Source: an uncultured Clostridia bacterium (GTDB lineage: Bacteria > Bacillota > Clostridia > Christensenellales > Borkfalkiaceae). From it: a stretch of DNA of 64,000 nt. A program made the position numbers and the translations under genes. Where the stretch lies: the NCBI GenBank assembly GCA_944376455.1, contig CALWCO010000003.1, positions 12,979 to 76,978 of the forward strand, written 5' to 3'. Below, piece by piece: positions 1-9,484 of this stretch. Position 1 is the stretch's first letter, and each line of letters starts with the position of its first letter. The notes beneath the pieces are model-generated. The model did not search any database and was not told the DNA's origin. It worked only from the letters and a program-made list of their open reading frames with translations.

Positions 1-471
1 AGGATGTTGCGTCCATAGCCCTCTTCACCGTATACGGCATGGGACAGAACGTCGAGACAGAGGTCTTCGGGCGTATCCTCGTTCATGGAAATTTCTTCGC
101 AGATGACTTCTTTTTCCCTGACCGCTTCCTCTTCGGGAAAAGTGGAATGCAGGAAAAGATCGCTTAAAAGCGCAAACGCCTCCTCGGCGTGGGAAGTGGT
201 GGCTTTGGAATAGTAACAAGTCATGTCTTTGCCGGTAAAAGCGTTGACCTGCGCGCCGATGTTGTCGAAAGCGTCCGAAATTTCCCGCGCGTTGCGCGTG
301 GCGGTACCCTTGAACTGCATGTGTTCGATGTAATGGGAAATGCCGTCCTCCTGCGCCGATTCATAGGCCGCGCCCGCGCCGACCAGAATGCCCATGGAAA
401 CGGACAGCAGTCCGTCCATCCGCCGCACGACCAGTTTCAGTCCGTTGTGAAAAGTATGATGTCTGACCATA
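1..471 (-). CDS. M16 (insulinase/pitrilysin) family zinc peptidase, first 157 codons; gene runs off the window start
   Basis: Not in ORF track (no stop in window). Own minus-strand translation from ATG 471-469: MVRHHTFHNGLKLVVRRMDGLLSVSMGILVGAGAAYE..GISHYIEHMQFKGT; inverted zinc motif HxxEH (HYIEH). Confidence 0.8.
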
Positions 472-483
472 AGAAAATAGATA

Positions 484-1209
484 TTATCCTCCGTATGTAA
501 GGTTCTCCGTTACCGTTACGGCACGAAGACCGTTCTCCCGATAGTATTGCAGAATGCGCGGCAATGCCTGTGCCGTCGCGGGCATGGGGTGCATGAGTAT
601 GAAGTCTCCGCCGCTCACCCCTTCCGTCGCGCGCTGATAACAGAGCGACTCGTCTTTATCCCGCCAGTCGACGGTATCCTTGCTCCACAAAATGACTTTC
701 ATCCCGAGATCGTTGCAGACCTTTACGGTCGTTTCGTTATATGCGCCCGAAGGCGGGGCAAACAGATCGACTTCCACCCCCGCCGCAAGCAACAGAAAAC
801 GGCGCGAAAGATTGATTTCCTCCGCCGTCTGCTCCTCAGTCAAGGTTGTGCAATCCTTGTGAAAATAACCGTGGCTTCCGATTTCGTGTCCGCGGGCAAC
901 GATCTCTTTGAGACAATCCACGTTGTCGTCCGCCCACACGCCGCCGATGAAAAAGGTGGCTTTGGCGCCGTATTCGTCCAGCGTATCCAGCATCCGATAC
1001 ACTTCGTCCGTACCCCAATAGACGTTGATCAGAAGGGATACGCAATCGCTGTCTTCCGTACCGCGGCGATAGACCCCGTCCCCCGCGCTCGTCGCCACGG
1101 ACACGGGATAAAGGCAGACGACGCCGATAAACAGAGCAATGACCAAAAGCGCAAGATTGGAGCCGATGAAAAACTTTCTTTTTTCCGATTTTTTCTTTCT
1201 TTCCGACAA
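484..1209 (-). CDS. polysaccharide deacetylase (CE4/NodB domain) with N-terminal membrane anchor, PdaB/YlxY-like
   Basis: 241-aa ORF; TM stretch FFIGSNLALLVIALFIGVV followed by CE4-type motifs TFFIGGVWADDN, HEIGSHGYFH, LWSKDTVDW, ILMHP. Confidence 0.85.
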   Translation of the reverse strand: MSERKKKSEKRKFFIGSNLALLVIALFIGVVCLYPVSVATSAGDGVYRRGTEDSDCVSLLINVYWGTDEVYRMLDTLDEYGAKATFFIGGVWADDNVDCLKEIVARGHEIGSHGYFHKDCTTLTEEQTAEEINLSRRFLLLAAGVEVDLFAPPSGAYNETTVKVCNDLGMKVILWSKDTVDWRDKDESLCYQRATEGVSGGDFILMHPMPATAQALPRILQYYRENGLRAVTVTENLTYGG

Positions 1210-1367
1210 GGTTAGTTTACCTCAAAACAAGAATACATATTATTTGTATTCCCCGCAATCGGTAAACTTTCCCGAAATTCTCCGATTTCAGACAAACGCC
1301 CCCGAAGGACAGACGTCCCTGCGTTTTTACGGTGCGAAAGATTGATTCTGTCACACGGCACAGCCGT

Positions 1368-3809
1368 TTATTTCAATCGCACGATCGTAACGCCGCCCTC
1401 CCCTTCACCGTATGCGCCGGCGCGGAAACTTTCCACGCCGCGATGGGTGCGGAGGTATTCGTGAATGCCCTTTTTCAGCCTGCCCATGCCAAAGCCGTGA
1501 ATGATTTTCACCTCTTCCATGCCCGACACCGCGGCGGCGTCGAGAAAGGGATCGATCTCGGCGATCGCTTCGGCGACGGTCAGACCGATGACGTTGATTT
1601 CCCGTCTGGGTGCAAGATTGGATTTCAGATTCCTGATCACCTGTACATTGTCGGCCGCACTGCCTCCCGACGAGGGATTTTTCCGCCCTTTTCCTTTTGC
1701 GTTCCCGCCCCCGACGGTTCCGCCGCTTACCGCACCGCCGCCCGCGGAAATAACGTCGATCCCCAACAAATCGGAAAACTTCAGCCGAAGACGGATGCCG
1801 TTGACCTCGACTTCCGCTTCTTTCTTCTCGGCCCGCACCGAACGCACCGTCCCTTCCGCCGACATGGCGGGGACGTAAACGCGCTCTCCCGCCTTCATCT
1901 CTCTTTGCAGGGGGATATATTGCGGACGAACGGGCTCCGCTTCGCCGCCGTCGAACGCCTTGTCTGCGAGACGGTTTTTGAGCGTACGCGCGCGAATCAG
2001 GTCGCTTTCGGAAATTTCTTCCTTTTCAAAAATACCCTCAATTTCGGAGAGAAGTTCCTCGGCCTCGGCGGTGCGCTCGTTGACGATGCGGCGTGCCTCC
2101 ATGCGCGCCTTTGCCGAAAAGTTCTCCCGTTCCTTGCGCAGTTTTTCCCGTTCGGCATCCAAAAGGGAAAGCTTTTCCTCCCATTCGCGGCGGACGGACT
2201 CCGCCGCGGCACGCTCCCGTTCGGCGGCAAGACGGCTGTCCTCGGCGGAACGCAGGATATTTTCAAAACTCCGCGCCCCTTCCGAAAGATTGCGCATCGC
2301 CGCGCTTAAAATCTCTTCGTCCAGCCCCAGACGGCGGGAAATGAGCAGGGCATTACTCGAACCGGGCATGCCGATTTTGATCTGATACAACGGCTGCAAA
2401 GTGTGCGCGTCGAACTCCATGGAGGCGTTTTCTATCCCTTTGACGGCATAGGCATATTCCTTCAAACCCGTATAATGGGTGGTAATGATGCCTTTGCACC
2501 CCTTTTTCAAAAGATATTCGGTAACCGCACGGGCGAGCGCCTGTCCCTCCTCGGGGTCGGTGCCGCCGCCCAGCTCGTCGATGAGCACCAGACTGTTTTT
2601 CCCCGCGCGGCGGGTGATTTCAATGATGTTTTTGATATGAGAAGAGAACGTGGAAAGACTCTCCTCGATGCTCTGCGCATCGCCCACATCGCAAAAGACC
2701 GAATCGAAAACCGCAATCTCCGTCCCGTCGGCGGCGGGCACGAACAGTCCGCAAGCCGCCATCAGGCAAAAGAGCCCCGTCATTTTCAGCGTAACCGTCT
2801 TGCCGCCCGTATTCGGGCCGCTGATGAGCAGAAAATCGTAATTTTCGCCCAACGAGAGCGAAACGGGAATGGCCGTCTTGGGATCGATGAGCGGATGCCG
2901 CCCTTTGACAATGCGGATTTTCCCCCTCCCGTTGACGGCAGGACGGACGGATTTCGTCCTGTATCCGTACTCGGCGCGGGCAAAGAACCCGTCCAGTTCC
3001 GAGAGAGCATCCATGTCCGCGCGCAAGCCCTCCGCCATGCCGCCGATGCGATGGGAAAACTCGCTTAAGATCCGTTCCGCTTCTTCCTTTTCGTCAATCA
3101 TCAGAGAGCGCAGTTCGTTGTTCATCTCCAGCACCGCTTCCGGTTCGATGAACACCGTCGCGCCCGATTGGGATTTGTCGTGCACAAACCCCTTCACGCT
3201 CCGTTTGTATTCCGTGCGCACGGGCAGGACATACCGGTCCCCGCGCATGGTGACGATGTTTTCCTGTAAATATTTTGCCGTATCCCCCGTGAGATATTCG
3301 CCCAGCCGCGCGCGAATGCGCTCGTTCAGAAGCCGGATTTCCTGCCGCAGGGAATACAGGCGGGAACTTGCCGTGTCGGCGAGCTGCGTATCGCTGACGA
3401 TCGCGCTTTGAATTTCTTCTTCCAGACGGCGGTCAAAGACCAACCGCGACGTCAGACGCTCGACGTGCGGCACGGGAAAATCGACCGCGGCGGCGGTGCA
3501 TTTCGCGGCGATACGCGCCGAACGAAGGAGCGCCGCCGCGCCGAGAAGCTCGCCGCAGGAAAGGGAGGAGCCCTTTTCCGCCCGTCCGATCTCCTCTTGA
3601 AGGGGCGGAAAATATTCCACCTTTCCCGCCCCGAAACGGTATAAAAGCACGGAACACTCCTGCGTGGTCGCAAGCAATTCTTCGGCTTCCTTCACCTCGC
3701 GCACGGGCGCAAGCGAAAGCAGGGCGGCTTTGGCGCCGTCCAGCACGGCGCAATCGGCGCACAGGGCGAGGATCTTATTCAATTCCAGTCTGTTTTCCGT
3801 TTGATTCAT
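1368..3809 (-). CDS. mutS2: endonuclease MutS2 (MutS ATPase domain plus C-terminal Smr)
   Basis: 813-aa ORF; Walker A ISGPNTGGKTVTLK, DELGGGTDP, C-terminal Smr block INVIGLTVAEA..IIHGFGMGRLK. Confidence 0.95.
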   Translation of the reverse strand: MNQTENRLELNKILALCADCAVLDGAKAALLSLAPVREVKEAEELLATTQECSVLLYRFGAGKVEYFPPLQEEIGRAEKGSSLSCGELLGAAALLRSARIAAKCTAAAVDFPVPHVERLTSRLVFDRRLEEEIQSAIVSDTQLADTASSRLYSLRQEIRLLNERIRARLGEYLTGDTAKYLQENIVTMRGDRYVLPVRTEYKRSVKGFVHDKSQSGATVFIEPEAVLEMNNELRSLMIDEKEEAERILSEFSHRIGGMAEGLRADMDALSELDGFFARAEYGYRTKSVRPAVNGRGKIRIVKGRHPLIDPKTAIPVSLSLGENYDFLLISGPNTGGKTVTLKMTGLFCLMAACGLFVPAADGTEIAVFDSVFCDVGDAQSIEESLSTFSSHIKNIIEITRRAGKNSLVLIDELGGGTDPEEGQALARAVTEYLLKKGCKGIITTHYTGLKEYAYAVKGIENASMEFDAHTLQPLYQIKIGMPGSSNALLISRRLGLDEEILSAAMRNLSEGARSFENILRSAEDSRLAAERERAAAESVRREWEEKLSLLDAEREKLRKERENFSAKARMEARRIVNERTAEAEELLSEIEGIFEKEEISESDLIRARTLKNRLADKAFDGGEAEPVRPQYIPLQREMKAGERVYVPAMSAEGTVRSVRAEKKEAEVEVNGIRLRLKFSDLLGIDVISAGGGAVSGGTVGGGNAKGKGRKNPSSGGSAADNVQVIRNLKSNLAPRREINVIGLTVAEAIAEIDPFLDAAAVSGMEEVKIIHGFGMGRLKKGIHEYLRTHRGVESFRAGAYGEGEGGVTIVRLK

Positions 3810-3899
3810 ATGATTTCATCCGTCGGTTTGCACGACCGTTCCTTCATCCTTTTCCGCACAAACCGCTCTTTTTCATTCTTTTTCCCTGTTTGTCCGTTC

Positions 3900-6101
3900 T
3901 TAAAGTACGCCGCCGCGGCTGTGTCCCGCCGTGCTTTTGGGCAGAATTTCCTTGAGCGCGTCCCGTTCAAAGCAATGTCCGACAACCCCTTTCGCCGCGG
4001 ACACGGGCAAGGCGGAAATATCGATCAGCGCATTCGCAAAGTCCTGACAGGCGTTCAGCGGCGCACAGTTGAAGAGCTCGAAACGGCAATTGCCCGACGC
4101 GCGGTACCGCCGCACGGGGAACTTTCGCCCCTCTTCGTCGGTCAACGTATACCTGTCTCTCTTTTCACAGGCCGAGCATTTCTTCCCGAAAGGACAGTAA
4201 ATGAGATCCATGACCTTGACGTCGCCCGCCGAGAGAACAAAGGCGTTTCCCCCTGCAAGCGGCTTCTGCTCCGCAAAATTCAGTTCCTTGGAAAGGGCGT
4301 AATATCCCCCTTCCGCCATGACGGCGGCGACGGCGCAGGCGTTCGTCAGGTTGAACCCCGTCCCCGCAAAGAGCTTTTTGCCACATTCCCGCGCGCACAA
4401 AATGCCGTATGTCCCTTCGGCATAAATGCCGTCGAATTTACCGATATGCTTTGCAGCGCTCTGCAAATCCTCATCGGACAGGAATGCGGGCAGATATAAA
4501 AATTTTTCTCCCGCCTCCGCATCGAATTCATAGGCTCCGTCGTCGGCATAATCAGAGGGTTTACAGATGTAAATATCCGCTTCAATCCCCTTGAAGTCCG
4601 TGCCGATAACCGCCCGTTTTTTATTCGTTTCCGCGGACATGGGTACAGGAAAATCAAAAGAAACGGGACTATACTCGTAACGGGTGTTCCCGTTGGCCGT
4701 CAGGCTTTGCCATAGGGCGGCGAAAAAGTCGCGACGGAAGGCATTGAGCCGCGATTTCGGGACGAAACAGTTTCCCGAAAGGCAGACGTTGACGCTTACG
4801 TCGAACGGCAGTCCGTCCGTTTTGAGAAAACATTCCCGCAGCTCCTCCTCGCGCAAGGGACTGTTTTTTGCCGATTCCGCAATAAAATCCGAGCACAGGC
4901 GCACCGCGCCGCAACGGGCGCAAAGAGGCGCGTTCTCCGCGGCGGAAAGTTCAATCTCCAAAGGTTTTTTGCGATGCTCCGACAGGAGCCGTTTGCCGAG
5001 CGCGGTGTCCGTGGTGAGGAACACGCCGTCGCCGTTTTTCAGCCGCGCGCGGGAGGAGAGATAAAAGCCCTGCCGATCGGCGGACAAAAAGCTCCCGCCG
5101 CCGACCTCGACGCCTTGGCGCAATATCTTGAACCCGTCCCCTTCCGCGGGACGGAAGGAACTTGCGACATAATATTTCCCCCCGACGACTTTCAGTACGC
5201 CGACTTTTTCGCCGATATGCCCCTGCACAGACGGAGACAAAAGGCGCTTGTCCTGCCCGAAAGCGAGCCCCTTGGTGTAGTTGCCGCGGTTATACGTCCG
5301 TTTCAGATCGGACAATTCCCGATCGGCATTCTGCCCTGCAAGGATCTTCTTATAGTATCGCACCGCCGCGGCGACATATTCGGGGCGGCGCATGCGCCCC
5401 TCGATTTTGAAGGAATATACCCCCGCCGCGGCGAGTTCGTCCAGACTTTCCCCCACCGACAGATCGGAAAGGGAGAGCGCATAACAAAGTTTCTGTTCGC
5501 CCGTGTCGTAAAAATATTTCTTGCGGCAGGGCTGTTTGCAACGCCCGCGGTTGCCCGAATTGCCCCCCGCGAACGAGGAGAGATAGCACTGACCCGAAAA
5601 GCAGGTGCACAGAGCCCCCTGCACGAACACTTCCGTTTCGATGACCGACGAAACGGCTTTGATCTCCCGCAAGGACGTTTCGCGCGCCAGCACGACGCGG
5701 GAAAAACCGTATTCTTTGGCAAGCCGCGCGCCGTATACGTTATTCACCCCCGCCTGTGTGGAGAGGTGCAGCACGATGTCGGGATAACGCGCATGAATGA
5801 ATTTACCCAGAAAAATATCCTGTAACAAAATCGCGTCCGCACCGAGGTTATGCACTTTGACGAGGGCGGAGAGAAAATCTTCCAGTTCGTTGTCCTTGAC
5901 GAGGGTATTCATCGCCACGTATATTTTCACCCCGAAAAGGTGGGCATACGCAATGATCTCACCGAGCGCGGTCAGATCGAAGTTTTCCGCGCCCGCCCGC
6001 GCGGAAAAAGCGGCATAGCCCAAATATATGGCGTCCGCGCCGCTGTCGATGGCGGCGAGAGCGCATTCTCTGTTCCCCGCGGGGGCTAAAATTTCATACA
6101 T
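3900..6101 (-). CDS. peptidase U32 family protein (long form)
   Basis: 733-aa ORF; YEILAPAGNRECALAAIDSGADAIYLG start and U32 Cys signature ETEVFVQGALCTCFSGQCYLSS. Confidence 0.9.
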   Translation of the reverse strand: MYEILAPAGNRECALAAIDSGADAIYLGYAAFSARAGAENFDLTALGEIIAYAHLFGVKIYVAMNTLVKDNELEDFLSALVKVHNLGADAILLQDIFLGKFIHARYPDIVLHLSTQAGVNNVYGARLAKEYGFSRVVLARETSLREIKAVSSVIETEVFVQGALCTCFSGQCYLSSFAGGNSGNRGRCKQPCRKKYFYDTGEQKLCYALSLSDLSVGESLDELAAAGVYSFKIEGRMRRPEYVAAAVRYYKKILAGQNADRELSDLKRTYNRGNYTKGLAFGQDKRLLSPSVQGHIGEKVGVLKVVGGKYYVASSFRPAEGDGFKILRQGVEVGGGSFLSADRQGFYLSSRARLKNGDGVFLTTDTALGKRLLSEHRKKPLEIELSAAENAPLCARCGAVRLCSDFIAESAKNSPLREEELRECFLKTDGLPFDVSVNVCLSGNCFVPKSRLNAFRRDFFAALWQSLTANGNTRYEYSPVSFDFPVPMSAETNKKRAVIGTDFKGIEADIYICKPSDYADDGAYEFDAEAGEKFLYLPAFLSDEDLQSAAKHIGKFDGIYAEGTYGILCARECGKKLFAGTGFNLTNACAVAAVMAEGGYYALSKELNFAEQKPLAGGNAFVLSAGDVKVMDLIYCPFGKKCSACEKRDRYTLTDEEGRKFPVRRYRASGNCRFELFNCAPLNACQDFANALIDISALPVSAAKGVVGHCFERDALKEILPKSTAGHSRGGVL

Positions 6102-6168
6102 ACGCTTATTCTATCATCTTTACCCGCTTTTGGCAAGAGAAAACGGGAAAACTATCCCGTTTTTCCCG

Positions 6169-6981
6169 CTATGCAAGTACGAATTTTTCAATATAATCGC
6201 CCACGGCGTCCTCGTCGCAGGTCTTTCCGCCGACTTCGTCGGCAACGGACTTCAAGGAGGGATCGGCATTTGCCACGGCGACCCCGTGTCCCGCCGCCGT
6301 CAGAAGGGGCGCGTCGTTCTGATTGTCGCCGAAGGCGAGTACTTCCTCTTTCCGCACGCCGTAATGCGACATGAGAAATGCCGCTGCCGCGCCCTTGGTA
6401 TCGCCGACCGCCGTGACCTCCACGAGCGTGGACGCACTGCAACTGACATAAAATTCCCCTTCGCCGAGCCGTTCGCGCAGAGCGTCGCGCACGGCGTTGC
6501 GCTCTTCCTTTTTCACCATGGCGAGCAGTTTGAAAAAACGGTTGGGCGATTCTTCTATCAAACGGTATACGTCGGGTACGCGCACCGAACGGATGGCGCA
6601 GACGTCTTCGTACAAGAGAAGATCCTTGTCCTCGTAATTGACGAAACAGTCATCCCGATCGTAAGCGTGGATGCGCAGTCCCATATCCCGCATCGCCGCG
6701 CAGATGCGCAATGCCTGTTCCTTGGTGAAGCCGCTCTCGTGCAGGACCTTTCCGCTTTTCACTTCGGCGACGATCGAACCCTGATAGGCGACGTATACCC
6801 CGTCCAGTCCGAGCCTTAAAAGTACGGGACGGATGGAAGAGGGCATTCTGCCCGTGCAGATGACGAACTTCCCGCCGCGGCGGACATATTCTTTGACGGC
6901 GGAAAGGGTCTTTTCTCCCACGGTATTGTCGCGATGGCGGAAAGTGCCGTCGTAATCGGAAATGATGAGTTTGTATTGCAT
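6169..6981 (-). CDS. Cof-type HAD-IIB family hydrolase
   Basis: Start moved to internal ATG at 6981 (MQYKLIISDYDGTF). The 95 extra ORF-track residues are Arg/Ser/Pro-rich and run into uvrC. Motifs DYDGT, GDNQNDAPLL. Confidence 0.85.
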   Translation of the reverse strand: MQYKLIISDYDGTFRHRDNTVGEKTLSAVKEYVRRGGKFVICTGRMPSSIRPVLLRLGLDGVYVAYQGSIVAEVKSGKVLHESGFTKEQALRICAAMRDMGLRIHAYDRDDCFVNYEDKDLLLYEDVCAIRSVRVPDVYRLIEESPNRFFKLLAMVKKEERNAVRDALRERLGEGEFYVSCSASTLVEVTAVGDTKGAAAAFLMSHYGVRKEEVLAFGDNQNDAPLLTAAGHGVAVANADPSLKSVADEVGGKTCDEDAVGDYIEKFVLA

Positions 6982-7039
6982 CCCTGTTTCTCCTCTGTTC
7001 TTTTTCTGTTTTTTGTCCTTCGTTTTTTCCCGAAAACAA

Positions 7040-8869
7040 TCAGCCCCGTAAATTTTCTTCCAAATATTTAAGGATCCGCGCGGCAAGCTCTTCCCCGATC
7101 CCATCGGTTGCGGCAAGCTCCTGCACGGACGCCGAAAGAATGCGGTCGAGCGTGGAGAACTTTTCCATGAGTGCCTTCTGTTTCTTGGGGCCCACGCCCT
7201 CGATCTCACGCAGAACGGAAGCGAGGTTGCGCTTGGAGTGGAGGTTTCGGAAATAACTGATGGCAAAGCGGTGCGCCTCGTCGCGCAGACGTTGGAGCAT
7301 TTTCAAGGCATAGTCCCGATGCGGGATCTTCACGCTTTCGGAAGAACGGAGCGTGAACACCTCCTCTTCCCGCTTGGCGAGGGACACGAGATCGATTCCC
7401 GTTACGCCCAGTTCTTCAAATATCCCCTGCACGGCGGAGAGCTGGCCCTTGCCGCCGTCGATGACGATGAGATCGGGCCGTGGGAACTTCTCCTCCTCCG
7501 CCGTGCCCAATTTGGAGAGCCGCCGCAGCAGCGTTTCGCGGAGGGATGCAAAATCGTCCGCGCCCTCGACGGTGCGGATGCGGAAACGGCGATAGCTCAT
7601 CCTGTCCGCTTCGCCGTCGATGAATACGACCATGGACGCGACTTTGTCCACGCCCGAAATGTTGGAGATATCGTAACACTCCATTCTCCGCGGATAACGC
7701 GACAGACCGAGCAGGGTTTTGAGCCGTTCGCAGGCGCTTTTCGTCATGTCGTCTTTGTGCCTGATTTTTTCGATGTTCTTGGCGAGATACTCTTCGGCGT
7801 TCCTGCCCGCCATTTTCAACAGCTCGCTCTTCGCGCCGTAACGGGGAAGCACGATATCCACTTTCTTACCCGCACGGGAAGAAAAATATTCTTCCAGCAA
7901 TTCCTTCTCGCAATAGTCTTCGGTGATGATCTGTTCGGGGATCTCGTGGCGGGAGTAATACTGAATCAGAAAGGCGGTGAGGGCGTCCTTACCTTCCAAA
8001 GAGGCGTCCTCCAACGCGAAATTGGTGCCGCCCTGCATCATGCCCTTGCGGGTGATGAGCACGCTCACGGCGGCATACAGCCCGTCGCTGCGCAGCGCCA
8101 CTATGTCGGCGTTGATGCAACGGTTGATGGCGGTAACCCGTTTGAGTTTCAAGCGGGAGAGCATGCCCAGCTTTTCCTTATATGACATGGCGATTTCGAA
8201 CTCTTCTTTTTCGGCAAAAAGCAACATCTTCTGCCGCAGGATCTCTTCCGCCTCCTCATATTCCCCGTCCAAAAAACGCAACGCCTTTGCCACCTGTCGC
8301 ACATATTCCTCTTTCTCGCAGAGGTGCGCGCAGGGCGCGCCGCAACGGTGCAGGTGATATTCGAGGCAGGGACGCTTGGGCTTGTCGGTGATTGCCACCT
8401 GACAGGTCCGCACGTTATAGACCATGGATACGATTTCGAGGATATCTTTGCACCGTACCCCCGCCATAAACGGGCCGAAATATTTCCCGTCTTTTGCAAT
8501 ACGACGAGTAACGGAAACGTGCGGAAATGCCTCCTTGGTATGCACCTTAACGTAAGGGTAGGTCTTGTCGTCTTTTAAGAGAATGTTATATTTGGGTTTA
8601 TGCTTTTTGATGAGCGTATTTTCAAGGGACAGCGCGTCGGATTCGGACGAACAGACGATGTAATTGAAATCGGCGATATTGGCGACCATGGCGGCGACTT
8701 TTTCGGGCTTTTCGTCATTGTGAAAATACTGCCGCACGCGGTTTTTGAGCACGCGCGCCTTGCCGACATAGATGACGACGCCGTCCTTGTCGAGCATGAT
8801 GTATACGCCCGGCGAATCGGGCAGCAGTTTTAATTTTTCCTGTAATGCGCTCATGTGCATATTATACAA
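7040..8869 (-). CDS. uvrC: excinuclease ABC subunit C
   Basis: 609-aa ORF; GIY-YIG block PGVYIMLDKDGVVIYVGKA, C-terminal helix-hairpin-helix IEGVGPKKQKALMEKF; true start could be one of the nearby Met codons (8869-8854). Confidence 0.95.
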   Translation of the reverse strand: MYNMHMSALQEKLKLLPDSPGVYIMLDKDGVVIYVGKARVLKNRVRQYFHNDEKPEKVAAMVANIADFNYIVCSSESDALSLENTLIKKHKPKYNILLKDDKTYPYVKVHTKEAFPHVSVTRRIAKDGKYFGPFMAGVRCKDILEIVSMVYNVRTCQVAITDKPKRPCLEYHLHRCGAPCAHLCEKEEYVRQVAKALRFLDGEYEEAEEILRQKMLLFAEKEEFEIAMSYKEKLGMLSRLKLKRVTAINRCINADIVALRSDGLYAAVSVLITRKGMMQGGTNFALEDASLEGKDALTAFLIQYYSRHEIPEQIITEDYCEKELLEEYFSSRAGKKVDIVLPRYGAKSELLKMAGRNAEEYLAKNIEKIRHKDDMTKSACERLKTLLGLSRYPRRMECYDISNISGVDKVASMVVFIDGEADRMSYRRFRIRTVEGADDFASLRETLLRRLSKLGTAEEEKFPRPDLIVIDGGKGQLSAVQGIFEELGVTGIDLVSLAKREEEVFTLRSSESVKIPHRDYALKMLQRLRDEAHRFAISYFRNLHSKRNLASVLREIEGVGPKKQKALMEKFSTLDRILSASVQELAATDGIGEELAARILKYLEENLRG

Positions 8870-8914
8870 CTTTCCGCGCCGTTTGGCAAGAGAAACGGCG
8901 CGGAAGAATTTCCG

Positions 8915-9259
8915 TCAGTAACCAAGGAATTCCACGCCCTTCAAAAGCACGTCGTTCACCGTGTCGTTGACCAGGCTGTAAAAGATGATCTTACCCTGTC
9001 TTTTGGCCTGTACGATGCCGATGTTCCGCAGAAAACGAAGCTGATGAGAAACGGTGGTCTGATTGAGTTCGAGAATCTTGGAAAGATCGGTGACGCACAT
9101 CTCGGAGATGGCGAGCGCCGAGAGCATTCTGACCCTGGTGGGGTCGGAAAAGACCGAAAAAAAGCACACGATGCCGTCGAGGACTTCCCCGTCGGGGACA
9201 TAGTCCTCCACAAGACCCTGCGTGCGCTTATCGAGCAGCAACATCTGTCTGTCCTGCAT
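8915..9259 (-). CDS. ArsR/SmtB family metal-responsive transcriptional regulator
   Basis: FSDPTRVRMLSAL..EMCVTDLSKIL..TVSHQLRFLR winged-HTH core. Start set to ATG 9259, 8 nt after AGGAGG. The ORF-track GTG at 9268 overlaps the SD. Confidence 0.85.
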   Translation of the reverse strand: MQDRQMLLLDKRTQGLVEDYVPDGEVLDGIVCFFSVFSDPTRVRMLSALAISEMCVTDLSKILELNQTTVSHQLRFLRNIGIVQAKRQGKIIFYSLVNDTVNDVLLKGVEFLGY

Positions 9260-9484
9260 ATCTTTCACCTCCTGTATTCCCGCAAAGACAAAAACGCCTT
9301 GATCGCGTGCACCGCGCCCCCGTCAGATGCGGGCATGGATGCCGCGGTTTTTGCGTTCGTTTTATAGGGGTGAGAGCTGCGGGAACGGACTTCGTTCCCG
9401 CTTTTCCCCTCCCTTGCGGTATGCTTATATGGTAAAGTATACAAGTGAAAGTATTTTTTATTTTTTTATATTTTCCTGTCTTTT

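Noticed and set aside
25-500. Track ORFs 25..219 (-) and 189..500 (+) at the window start.
   Set aside because: A different minus-strand frame, open to the window edge, encodes a clean M16 peptidase N-terminus with the HxxEH motif. The listed ORFs have no motifs.
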